A DNA stretch of 64,000 nt from a candidate division TM6 bacterium GW2011_GWE2_36_25 (GTDB lineage Bacteria; Babelota; Babeliae; Babelales; UBA12409). The translations under genes and the position numbers were made by a program. Positions 28,995 to 36,792 of the stretch are shown one piece after another; within the stretch, counting starts at the first letter, position 1, and each line of letters starts with the position of its first letter. The notes below the pieces were generated by a model that saw only the letters and a list, made by a program, of their open reading frames with translations, was not told where the DNA came from and searched no databases. The stretch covers positions 156,996-220,995 of the forward strand of contig LBRU01000001.1 of NCBI GenBank assembly GCA_000991575.1. Reading direction: 5' to 3'.

Positions 28995-29669
28995 TTATAG
29001 CAGATTTTGGATACGTTGAACAACGCGTCCAATAATACGGAAATGATCTTTGCCGCGAACCAAGGCAATCGGAGTACTTTTCTGATTGATTGATTCTAAT
29101 ACAACAAAGTCATCCGTGTACGCTACACGAGTAATGATACGCGTTGGTGTTTCGTTGCCGTATTCCACTGCTGCAATATCACCAGAGCGTGCCCATGTTT
29201 CAGGTGAAATGAGTAACAAGTCACCTTTAACAAAAGTAGGCGCCATTAAATTGTTGTCAATATAGTAAGCAAACATGTTGTTGTCGGTATTATTAAAGAC
29301 GGGAACAAACTCGTCTTTATGGCCTGTTGTTGTTTGTGCTAATTGGTTATTATATGGAGATGGATTTGCGGGAATATCACCAACAACGGGAATTGCCTTA
29401 ACATTGAGCTCCACACCTGATTTTTCAGGCATTTTGATATTTTTGTCAATATCATCAGTGCGTTTGCGCTGCGAGGTAAAAAGGTCGATTGGGCTGATTT
29501 CAAATGCAGCTGCTAATTTGCGCAGCGAATCTTCGTTCCAACGTCTGGTGCCATTTTTAATGTGCGTCAGATAACTTTCTGACATACCTGTTTTTTCCGC
29601 TAGAACTTTTGTTGTCCAGCCTTTTTCTCTTAATAATTCTTTGACGCGAAGCGCAGTTAAATTTCTCAT
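28995..29669 (-). CDS. XRE-family HTH regulator with LexA/CI-like S24 domain (catalytic residues apparently absent)
   Basis: N-terminal LAEKTGMSESYLTHIKNGTR HTH; C-terminal IPVVG, P.F..GD, GD...V, IIGRV. Confidence 0.88.
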   Translation of the reverse strand: MRNLTALRVKELLREKGWTTKVLAEKTGMSESYLTHIKNGTRRWNEDSLRKLAAAFEISPIDLFTSQRKRTDDIDKNIKMPEKSGVELNVKAIPVVGDIPANPSPYNNQLAQTTTGHKDEFVPVFNNTDNNMFAYYIDNNLMAPTFVKGDLLLISPETWARSGDIAAVEYGNETPTRIITRVAYTDDFVVLESINQKSTPIALVRGKDHFRIIGRVVQRIQNLL

Positions 29670-29689
29670 TCTTGCGTCTCCTGTACTTT

Positions 29690-29705
29690 TTGATAATTAT
29701 ATCAA
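29690..29705. promoter_or_regulatory. Palindromic candidate operator TTGATA-N4-TATCAA upstream of the XRE regulator
   Basis: Perfect 6-bp inverted repeat 21-36 bp upstream of the start codon; second copy at 47956-47971. Confidence 0.5.
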
Positions 29706-29766
29706 TATAGTTTAAACTTCTGCCTAGCTACTATTTTAATATACACTTTACTTATAAATTTGTCAA

Positions 29767-30477
29767 ATGGAAAAAAACGATCGCATAAATAAGCGCAAAA
29801 GAATTCCAAGAGCAAAGGTGAAGCTCGAGTTGGAAGTCTGGAAAATGGGCCAATTGGTATGTGGTGTTGACGAGGTTGGACGTGGTTGTTTGGCCGGTCC
29901 AGTCGTCACATCGGCGGTAGTGCTTCATGCGGGAAAACGGTTTGAATTACTTAAAGATTCCAAGTTGTTGAGCAAAGAACAGCGTGTGAGGGCGGCAAAG
30001 TGGATTAAGCAGCATAGTTGGTATGCATATGGCATCGTGAGTCACTCCGAAATTGATCGTTATAATATTTATCAGGCAACTATGAGGGCAATGAAAAGAG
30101 CCGTTATGCATGTGATTTCACAAATGACCTGTTTGCCTGCACGTATCATTGTTGATGCGATGCCATTGAAGCTTGATGGATGGCTTAACGATATTGAGAT
30201 AATGTATTTTCCGGAAGCAGAACAAGCCTCAGTTTCGGTGGCTGCGGCATCTATTCTTGCCAAAGAAAAACGCGATGAATTGATGAATGTTTATGGAAGA
30301 ATTTTTCCTGGTTATGCGCTAGCTCAACATAAAGGATATGCAACTTCTACTCATCGAAAACTGGTGCAGCAGGAAGGGCGAAGTATTATTCATCGTGTTA
30401 CATTTTTGAAGAATTTTAATGAGATATTGGAAGAACACTATGAGCAACAGATTGAGCTTTTTAGCGGAAGTGATTGA
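29767..30477 (+). CDS. rnhB: Ribonuclease HII
   Basis: GVDEVGRGCLAGPV, DSKLLS, VDA, SVAAASILAK, HKGYAT, IHR.TF. Confidence 0.97.
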   Translation: MEKNDRINKRKRIPRAKVKLELEVWKMGQLVCGVDEVGRGCLAGPVVTSAVVLHAGKRFELLKDSKLLSKEQRVRAAKWIKQHSWYAYGIVSHSEIDRYNIYQATMRAMKRAVMHVISQMTCLPARIIVDAMPLKLDGWLNDIEIMYFPEAEQASVSVAAASILAKEKRDELMNVYGRIFPGYALAQHKGYATSTHRKLVQQEGRSIIHRVTFLKNFNEILEEHYEQQIELFSGSD

Positions 30478-31033
30478 ATGTTCACTTTCGCGTTTTAAAG
30501 GGCAGTGTTGGCAAAAAGATGGCGTTCCGCCATTTGGTTCATTGATGGTAGTTGATGATGGAAATCGACTAGTTTTTGGGCTTGTACAGCAGATTTATAC
30601 AATATCAGATGATGCGGTTCGACACATTAATGCTTATCAAAAAACAGAAGAAGAGTTGTTGCGAGATCAGCCTCAAATTTTTACCTTTATAAAAACTTTT
30701 TTTCATGTATTGGTGCTTGGATATCAACAAGACGGTCAAATTTTCCAAAAGCTTTCTCCATTGCCCGTGAGATTACATAGTTTTATTCGTCCAGCTTGTA
30801 TTGAAGAATATAAAAGTTTTTTTAAAGAACATTATTATGTGAATCTTTTATTTAACCAAGCTAATCAGATTGATAATATTGATGAATTACTCTTAACTTT
30901 AGTGAATAATTTTAAAGAAAAAGGTCTTTCAGAAGAGTTTGTTGAGGCACTTATAGAACAATATGCACTTTTAAATAGTGCAGATTATCGAAGATTGAAG
31001 TTTTTTATTGAAAGAATTGAGAATTCATTATAA
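30440..31033 (+). CDS. HAS-barrel domain-containing protein
   Basis: AEVIE.S...F..QC, PPFGS, EEL...QPQIF, P.P...H pattern as in cyanobacterial/Chloroflexi HAS-barrel proteins. ATG 30440 lies inside the rnhB 3' end. Confidence 0.7.
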   Translation: MSNRLSFLAEVIECSLSRFKGQCWQKDGVPPFGSLMVVDDGNRLVFGLVQQIYTISDDAVRHINAYQKTEEELLRDQPQIFTFIKTFFHVLVLGYQQDGQIFQKLSPLPVRLHSFIRPACIEEYKSFFKEHYYVNLLFNQANQIDNIDELLLTLVNNFKEKGLSEEFVEALIEQYALLNSADYRRLKFFIERIENSL

Positions 31034-31060
31034 AAAAGGGGGAAAGCGATCCCCCTTTTT
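31032..31060. terminator. Bidirectional intrinsic terminator
   Basis: AAAAAAGGGGGA-aagcga-TCCCCCTTTTT between convergent genes. Confidence 0.8.
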
Positions 31061-31062
31061 AC

Positions 31063-31776
31063 TTATTGCTGCCATGCGAGGTGTGGCATTGCTGTTTCCG
31101 AATGATGACGTGCTAAATCTTCACGTCTCGTTGGTGCGCTGAGATTTGTTGCCGAAACGGTTGTTCTGCGCATGCGATCAGCTCTTCGTTCTGAAGTAAC
31201 TTTTTGAGCTGCAGACGGATTTTTTTCAGCCAATAGGAAGAGAGCTTGATACTGAAATATATTTCTCTCGAGTGGGTTGCCGTCTATTTGTCGATATAAA
31301 TATCTGATAAATTGTTCATATTTTTCTTGGCTGTCAACAGGTGATGATATTGATGTTGTGAGTAGTTCTAAATTTTGCATATCAATAATATCATAAAGTG
31401 CGGCTCTTTTTGTTCCATGTTTTATGAGAGGGTTAAAGCCTTTTGCAATCAGTATTGCATAAATAGTCGAATATCTTTCAGTTTCAGGGCAATCCATCAG
31501 GTAATCAAAGGCAGTTTTGCCTTCATCGCTGATGCTGTTTGCATGTGTAAGATGTGCTTTTACTAAAACGCTGTTACCTGTTTGTAGTCCTTCAAGAGCC
31601 TTTGAGCACAATCTTACGCCGCAAGGGCAGCAGGTTGAATGCTTGAATTTTTGCCAGACGCGATGATAATGTTTTTCGGATCCTTCTGCATAAACCGTGC
31701 TTCTGCTGCAATGCATGCCATACATAGAAGATATGCACGCAAATAGTGATAATAATACAACTAACTGTTTTTTCAT
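31063..31776 (-). CDS. Secreted hypothetical protein with degenerate ankyrin-like segment
   Basis: Signal peptide ending YG-MH; EGKTAFDY and ILIAKGFNP ankyrin-like motifs. Confidence 0.7.
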   Translation of the reverse strand: MKKQLVVLLSLFACISSMYGMHCSRSTVYAEGSEKHYHRVWQKFKHSTCCPCGVRLCSKALEGLQTGNSVLVKAHLTHANSISDEGKTAFDYLMDCPETERYSTIYAILIAKGFNPLIKHGTKRAALYDIIDMQNLELLTTSISSPVDSQEKYEQFIRYLYRQIDGNPLERNIFQYQALFLLAEKNPSAAQKVTSERRADRMRRTTVSATNLSAPTRREDLARHHSETAMPHLAWQQ

Positions 31777-31873
31777 GTTTTTTCCTTTTTAAATATTTAA
31801 ATACAGATAACGCAAAGAGATAGGTAAAAAATTGAATTATCTACTTGTATTATTATGCAAATAGAAATTTTTG

Positions 31874-32317
31874 TCAAGTTATATTGCAACATTTTTTACT
31901 ACAACTTAAACCATGATCATAACAGCAGTTGAGGCATGGAAAACGTTCATCGGATGTAGTTGATGGACATGATTTTGTACAGTTTTTAGTGGCATCTCGA
32001 CATTGTTCTCGACAAATACCTTCGGGAGTCTTTTTGAAGCAGTTTGTTGTGCAATCAGCAAGGGAGTGACATGGTATTTTGTCACATTCTGCATAACATT
32101 TTTCAGGTCGCATTGATTTAATAAGTTTGAAGTTGCATCGGTCTAAGCAGGGTTTTTTTCCTGGACACAAAGATAGATTTAAGGAATTTTTAAAACATGT
32201 ATTGAAGCATTTATTGAGCGATTGAGCGCAGGCGCCATGAAATGGGCGGAAAATTATGGGATCACCAAACGCATTCATAAATGAAACTACTGTGAATAAT
32301 ATCCAATATATTTTCAT
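31874..32317 (-). CDS. Secreted cysteine-rich protein with repeated CX3C motifs
   Basis: Signal peptide; 21 Cys in 147 aa by my count; eight CX3C units. Confidence 0.75.
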   Translation of the reverse strand: MKIYWILFTVVSFMNAFGDPIIFRPFHGACAQSLNKCFNTCFKNSLNLSLCPGKKPCLDRCNFKLIKSMRPEKCYAECDKIPCHSLADCTTNCFKKTPEGICREQCRDATKNCTKSCPSTTSDERFPCLNCCYDHGLSCSKKCCNIT

Positions 32318-32403
32318 CTTCCCTCCCTTTTTCCATCATTTTAATATTAACACTACTTATTTTCTATTTGCAACAAAAACATTGTCTTGTCTTTGTTTGA
32401 ATG

Positions 32404-34347
32404 CTAAAAGGAGGCTGGGGTGAAATAGTGTTTGCTTGCAAATTTTTTTGATTTGATTGATTGGTAAGCTTCACTAATTGGAATAAATGATGCTGCTTTT
32501 AAATAAATTTTGCGTCGGTGTAAATTTTTTATTTTTGAAACTGGGGGAATTGCTGGGCCGAGGATAGTAATATTTTTATTTTTTGCGAGAAGATTAATAA
32601 TTTTTTGTGCATCTTTTTCAACAGTTGATTCGTTTTTATGAATAAGTTCGATTTCAGAAAATCTTCCGCAAGGAGGGTAAGAAAGTAACATGCGCTTGCT
32701 GATTTCGGATGCATAAAAACCAATATAATTAATTTCATTAATAAACTTGAAAATAGGATGATCAATCATTGTTTGTACCAGAACGAGACTTTCAGCGCTT
32801 TCACGGCCAGCTCGACCGGCGACTTGAATAAGCTGTTGTAAGGTGGTTTCCGCGGCATGGTAAGCGGGAAAATTGAGGTTTAAGTCTGCCCACAAAATGC
32901 CCACGAGGGTTACTTTAGGAAAATGGTAACCTTTGGTGATAGTTTGTGTGCCGACCATGATATCGATTGTACCTTTGTTAAACTGTTCAATGGTTTTGTG
33001 CCATTCTTTTTTTTTGCTTGAAGTATCAAGATCCGCGCGTGCAATATGTGCCATTGGAAAGAGTTTTTCTAAAATCGAGACCACTTGTTGAGTGCCAATT
33101 CCCTTTTTTAAGAAATTGTCTTTTTTGCATGAAGGACATTGTGTCGGGTATGGTTCTTTTTTTCCGCAATAATGGCAGTGAAGTTCATTATCATTATGCA
33201 ATGTTAAACTCACTGAGCAATGATGACAGATGGGGGTGTAAGAGCAGTTTTTGCATTGAATAAAAAAACAGACGCCGCGTCTATTGAGAAAGATAATCGT
33301 TTGCTCTTTTTTTTCTAAGCGTTGTCTGATGGCTTGTTCGAGTTCTTTGCTAATCCAAAAATTTTTTCTTTGATGTTTTTTTTCAGTGAGATTGATAATT
33401 TTGATTATGGGAAAATTGCCCGCATAACGTTTGGTAAGTTGAAAGAATTTCCACCCTTTTTTTTGGCTATTATAAAGGGATGTAGTTGATGGTGTTGCGG
33501 AGCCGAGTAAAATTGGAATTTGGTAGTGCTGTGCGCGCAAAAGAGCAGCTTCTTTCGTGTTGATTTTTGGGTGTTTCTTTTCTTGGTAACCGACTTCGTG
33601 CTCTTCATCGACAATAATGAGTCCGAGATTTCCGATAGGGAGCATGATTGGCAAATGAACGCCTATGATAACGATCGGTTTGTGTGCAAGTAATGTTTGC
33701 CATAAAAGTTCTTTTTCTTTTTTTGTATTATGTGAGTGAAAACTTAATACGGGAACCGCCAATGTGTGTTTGAAGAGATGTGCAAATTGAAGCGCTAGCG
33801 TTACTTCAGGTAATAAAACGATGCTTGTTTTATTCTTTTGATATGCTTTCAGTATTAGTTTTTTGTAAATTTCTGTTTTGCCCGATCCAGTGACGCCATG
33901 CACGAGAGTTGGCTGAAATAGTGGTTTTTCAATGTATGGGGCAAGAAATGAATAAACCTTTTCTTGTTCTTCTGTTAATACTACTTGCTGAGTTTGATTG
34001 ATTTGCTCATAGATGATTGCTTCATCTTCTTTTTCTGACGTGAGGAATTGTTGAATGCGTTGAATTAAAATATAAGACTCAATTTGTTGGTATTCTGCGA
34101 GTTTGTTAATAAATGATACATAATGTGGATCTTGGGGAAATGCATTGAGCGAATTGAGTTCTCTTATGGTGAAGGATGGTGTTTCTTGTAAGCTTTCAAA
34201 TTGATGTTCTACCAGGGCATGAACCAATTGATTACGTAATGGCACTTGGACGACTCTCCCAATCAGTTGCTCATGTTGATAGATTGATGGAACTTGATAG
34301 GTAAGTAGCTTGTTAAAGCCATTTAATAAACGAACATGTATATACAT
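32404..34347 (-). CDS. priA: Primosomal protein N' (PriA)
   Basis: HGVTGSGKTE, VLLPEV, IVDEEHE..YQE, LGSATPS, FLNRRG, four CxxC, QVAGRAGR. Start uncertain (34347/34365/34407). Confidence 0.97.
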   Translation of the reverse strand: MYIHVRLLNGFNKLLTYQVPSIYQHEQLIGRVVQVPLRNQLVHALVEHQFESLQETPSFTIRELNSLNAFPQDPHYVSFINKLAEYQQIESYILIQRIQQFLTSEKEDEAIIYEQINQTQQVVLTEEQEKVYSFLAPYIEKPLFQPTLVHGVTGSGKTEIYKKLILKAYQKNKTSIVLLPEVTLALQFAHLFKHTLAVPVLSFHSHNTKKEKELLWQTLLAHKPIVIIGVHLPIMLPIGNLGLIIVDEEHEVGYQEKKHPKINTKEAALLRAQHYQIPILLGSATPSTTSLYNSQKKGWKFFQLTKRYAGNFPIIKIINLTEKKHQRKNFWISKELEQAIRQRLEKKEQTIIFLNRRGVCFFIQCKNCSYTPICHHCSVSLTLHNDNELHCHYCGKKEPYPTQCPSCKKDNFLKKGIGTQQVVSILEKLFPMAHIARADLDTSSKKKEWHKTIEQFNKGTIDIMVGTQTITKGYHFPKVTLVGILWADLNLNFPAYHAAETTLQQLIQVAGRAGRESAESLVLVQTMIDHPIFKFINEINYIGFYASEISKRMLLSYPPCGRFSEIELIHKNESTVEKDAQKIINLLAKNKNITILGPAIPPVSKIKNLHRRKIYLKAASFIPISEAYQSIKSKKFASKHYFTPASF

Positions 34348-34400
34348 GAGGATCAGTGTACGCATTTGGTTGAAAAAATCAAAATAGGCGCCTCGGAAAA

Positions 34401-34429
34401 TTGACAACTTGAAAAATATTTATTACAGT
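34401..34429 (+). promoter_or_regulatory. sigma70-like promoter of the 34458 gene
   Basis: TTGACA-N17-TACAGT. Confidence 0.5.
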
Positions 34430-34457
34430 TAGATTGACGAAAATTTGGGGGTTTTTT

Positions 34458-35426
34458 ATGAATAAAATATCAAAAATATTGTTTTTCATTAATTTGGTTT
34501 ATTGTTTTGGTCTTTTTGCGATTCCTGAAAAGATAATTAATTGTGATATTGGACAAAAAGAAGCGGTTCCTGAGCGATGGCAGTTGGCTTGTACTGCAAT
34601 GTCTGTTGCTGCGGCTGCATATTTATTTCACGAACCATTAGGCCAGATAGAGTCTCAAGATCTTTTTTCAATTATTTGGTTAGGGGGAAATTTTTATGAT
34701 GCATTTAATTCACCTGAAAAGGAATTGGCTGCAGATCCACACTTATTTGAATCGTTTAATCGTTATTTAAATGTTATTGAACAATCTGATTATCAAATAA
34801 TCGGCGAGGAATTGGGTGTTGGTGACTCGATATCTTTTTTTGGTGTTAATGCACAAGATAAAGATGAGTTAGATCGGATATGTTGTCGCTTGATTCAAGA
34901 TGGTAAGCCTACTCATAAAATGGGTGGATTATTGACCGGGCAGCTTATTGAGCATTTATTTAATAGCCACCGCGAGTTAAAATGTCCTATTGCTGTTGTT
35001 TTTACGCTCGATACTGCTTATTCATATGCAATTATAGTTCAAAACGACCACTTTTTGTTTTTTGATTCACATCATAAAACCGGAGACCATACTGGTTCTA
35101 GACTTCTTATTTTTAATACGGTAGAAGAGATGAATGACTTTCTTCTTGTGGAGTTACCGCACGTTCCTTTTAGCGGTTCTTTTATTATTCCGCGAAGTTC
35201 ATTTATAAAAAGATCGGTTATTTCTACGGAAGTGGAAAAAGCTTACGAGGATGCTTTGATGCGACTTGGTGATGATGGTTTTTCGTTTATTTCTGAAGAG
35301 GAGAAAAAAGAACAAATAAAAGCATTGCAGAAGCTTGCTGAAGAAGAAGCGTGTAAAAAGAGAAAAGAGCAGGAGGAGCTCGACGCAGAGACGGCTTGTT
35401 TAGTGCAGGAGACTGAAGATAGGTAA
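34458..35426 (+). CDS. Secreted herpes-tegument-like (VTD/C76-type) cysteine protease, putative deubiquitinase, with C-terminal MIU-like motif
   Basis: Signal peptide; GQ-x11-C (QLACTAMSVA), L..I...G..Y helix, VVFT..AYSYAII....FLFFDSH; acidic tail with ELDAETACLVQETE. Confidence 0.7.
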   Translation: MNKISKILFFINLVYCFGLFAIPEKIINCDIGQKEAVPERWQLACTAMSVAAAAYLFHEPLGQIESQDLFSIIWLGGNFYDAFNSPEKELAADPHLFESFNRYLNVIEQSDYQIIGEELGVGDSISFFGVNAQDKDELDRICCRLIQDGKPTHKMGGLLTGQLIEHLFNSHRELKCPIAVVFTLDTAYSYAIIVQNDHFLFFDSHHKTGDHTGSRLLIFNTVEEMNDFLLVELPHVPFSGSFIIPRSSFIKRSVISTEVEKAYEDALMRLGDDGFSFISEEEKKEQIKALQKLAEEEACKKRKEQEELDAETACLVQETEDR

Positions 35427-35671
35427 GGGGCGATCTGTCTTTTACTTCTTGATCATGAGAAAGAAGCGCGAGACCAATATTTTGCTGATCAAATTATGGA
35501 GTTTTTAAACGATCTTATTAATTGTGCTCAAAAAAGAAGTATTTAAGCTGAGTGGTGTGTAAATTGCTCTCTTAAGCTTCAATTTCAAAATTTCTCTGTA
35601 ATTAATATAAATAATTTATTGTAATTTCAGATAGAAATGTTTTATAATTAAATAAATATGGAGGATTTAAG

Positions 35672-36640
35672 ATGAAGAAATATTTTTTAAGTTTAATATT
35701 TTTGTCGAGTGTTGGTAGTTTATGTGCTATGGGGCGAGATGTTCGTTTAACGCCTGCGGGTCAGTATGAATATTTTCGAGTAATTCCATCATTAATTGAA
35801 GGTCAAAACTTTGACGAGGCGCGTGAACGCATTAATTTTCTCAGAACAGCGTCAAGAAGTTTTGTTTCAACTGATCAGCTTGATTTGATTGAGGCACAAT
35901 TAGAGACGGCTATTCGTGACAAAGAAGATATGCGAGCATATGAACGTGAGCAGGCGCGGTTATTGCAAGACTATAATACAGTAGAGCAGGATATGTATCA
36001 CTATCGTGATCGTCATGATATTGATTCTGAGCGCAGTTCTTTAATGGGTTTATGGGAAATTGCTCAGAATATTGATAGAGAACCCTTGTCATTGCCAGCG
36101 CACATGGTACGACTTTTCCAGATTGAAAGCTGTTCATTAGCATCATCTAAAAAAGATGATCGTTTAATGATTGATTTGATTACTTATTTTGAACGAACTC
36201 ACGATAAAGTTGCACATGATGCATTTGAATTAATGTATTATGGGGACGCATCCGGTCGTTGTGTATCTCCTTTTCAACGATTGCATGGTGAGGCAAAGCG
36301 TCTTTATGATAGTGATTTAGTGCGCGCAACACAATTGCTTGAATTTCTCATGTTAGTGGGCGATGAATCGTTACGTAATCGCGCAACTATCTTTCTTGCA
36401 ACGGGGGAAGATCCAGAAGGGGTGGCTGAAGAAGAACATATTGTTGATTTGCCAATGCGGCATGTTTTAGATTGGCCTGTTGCTGAACGTGTGGCTGAGT
36501 ACTTAAGTCAGGCCGGGGAGACTATTGATGAAGCATTTCAATTGGCTGAACTTAATCAGGACAGAGAAGCTGTTGCTCAACTAGCGCAGATAGTTACTGA
36601 TGAAGCATTAGCCAGATCACTTGCAAGAGACTTTAACTAA
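35672..36640 (+). CDS. Secreted helical hypothetical protein with C-terminal MIU/UIM-like motif
   Basis: GGAGG RBS; signal MKKYFLSLIFLSSVGSLCA-MG; ends TDEALARSLARDFN. Confidence 0.75.
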   Translation: MKKYFLSLIFLSSVGSLCAMGRDVRLTPAGQYEYFRVIPSLIEGQNFDEARERINFLRTASRSFVSTDQLDLIEAQLETAIRDKEDMRAYEREQARLLQDYNTVEQDMYHYRDRHDIDSERSSLMGLWEIAQNIDREPLSLPAHMVRLFQIESCSLASSKKDDRLMIDLITYFERTHDKVAHDAFELMYYGDASGRCVSPFQRLHGEAKRLYDSDLVRATQLLEFLMLVGDESLRNRATIFLATGEDPEGVAEEEHIVDLPMRHVLDWPVAERVAEYLSQAGETIDEAFQLAELNQDREAVAQLAQIVTDEALARSLARDFN

Positions 36641-36664
36641 TAAAAAATATTGAAAATTAGAGAG

Positions 36665-36694
36665 AGGGGCAGAAATTAACTTGCCCCTTTTTTT
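36665..36694 (+). terminator. Intrinsic terminator
   Basis: GGGGCA-N10-TGCCCC followed by a T-tract. Confidence 0.75.
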
Positions 36695-36724
36695 ATTTTA
36701 TATAATTCACAATTGAGCAAAAAG

Positions 36725-36754
36725 TTGACACGGTAATCTGGATTATTTTATAAT
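36725..36754 (+). promoter_or_regulatory. sigma70-like promoter of the 36793 gene
   Basis: TTGACA-N18-TATAAT. Confidence 0.6.
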
Positions 36755-36792
36755 TGAAATTGATAGCTAGGGTTTTAAAAAATGGAGATATA

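Noticed and set aside
28995-29669. Prophage, suggested by the CI-like repressor
   Set aside because: No integrase, structural, replication or lysis genes. The flanks are ribosomal protein genes and rnhB.
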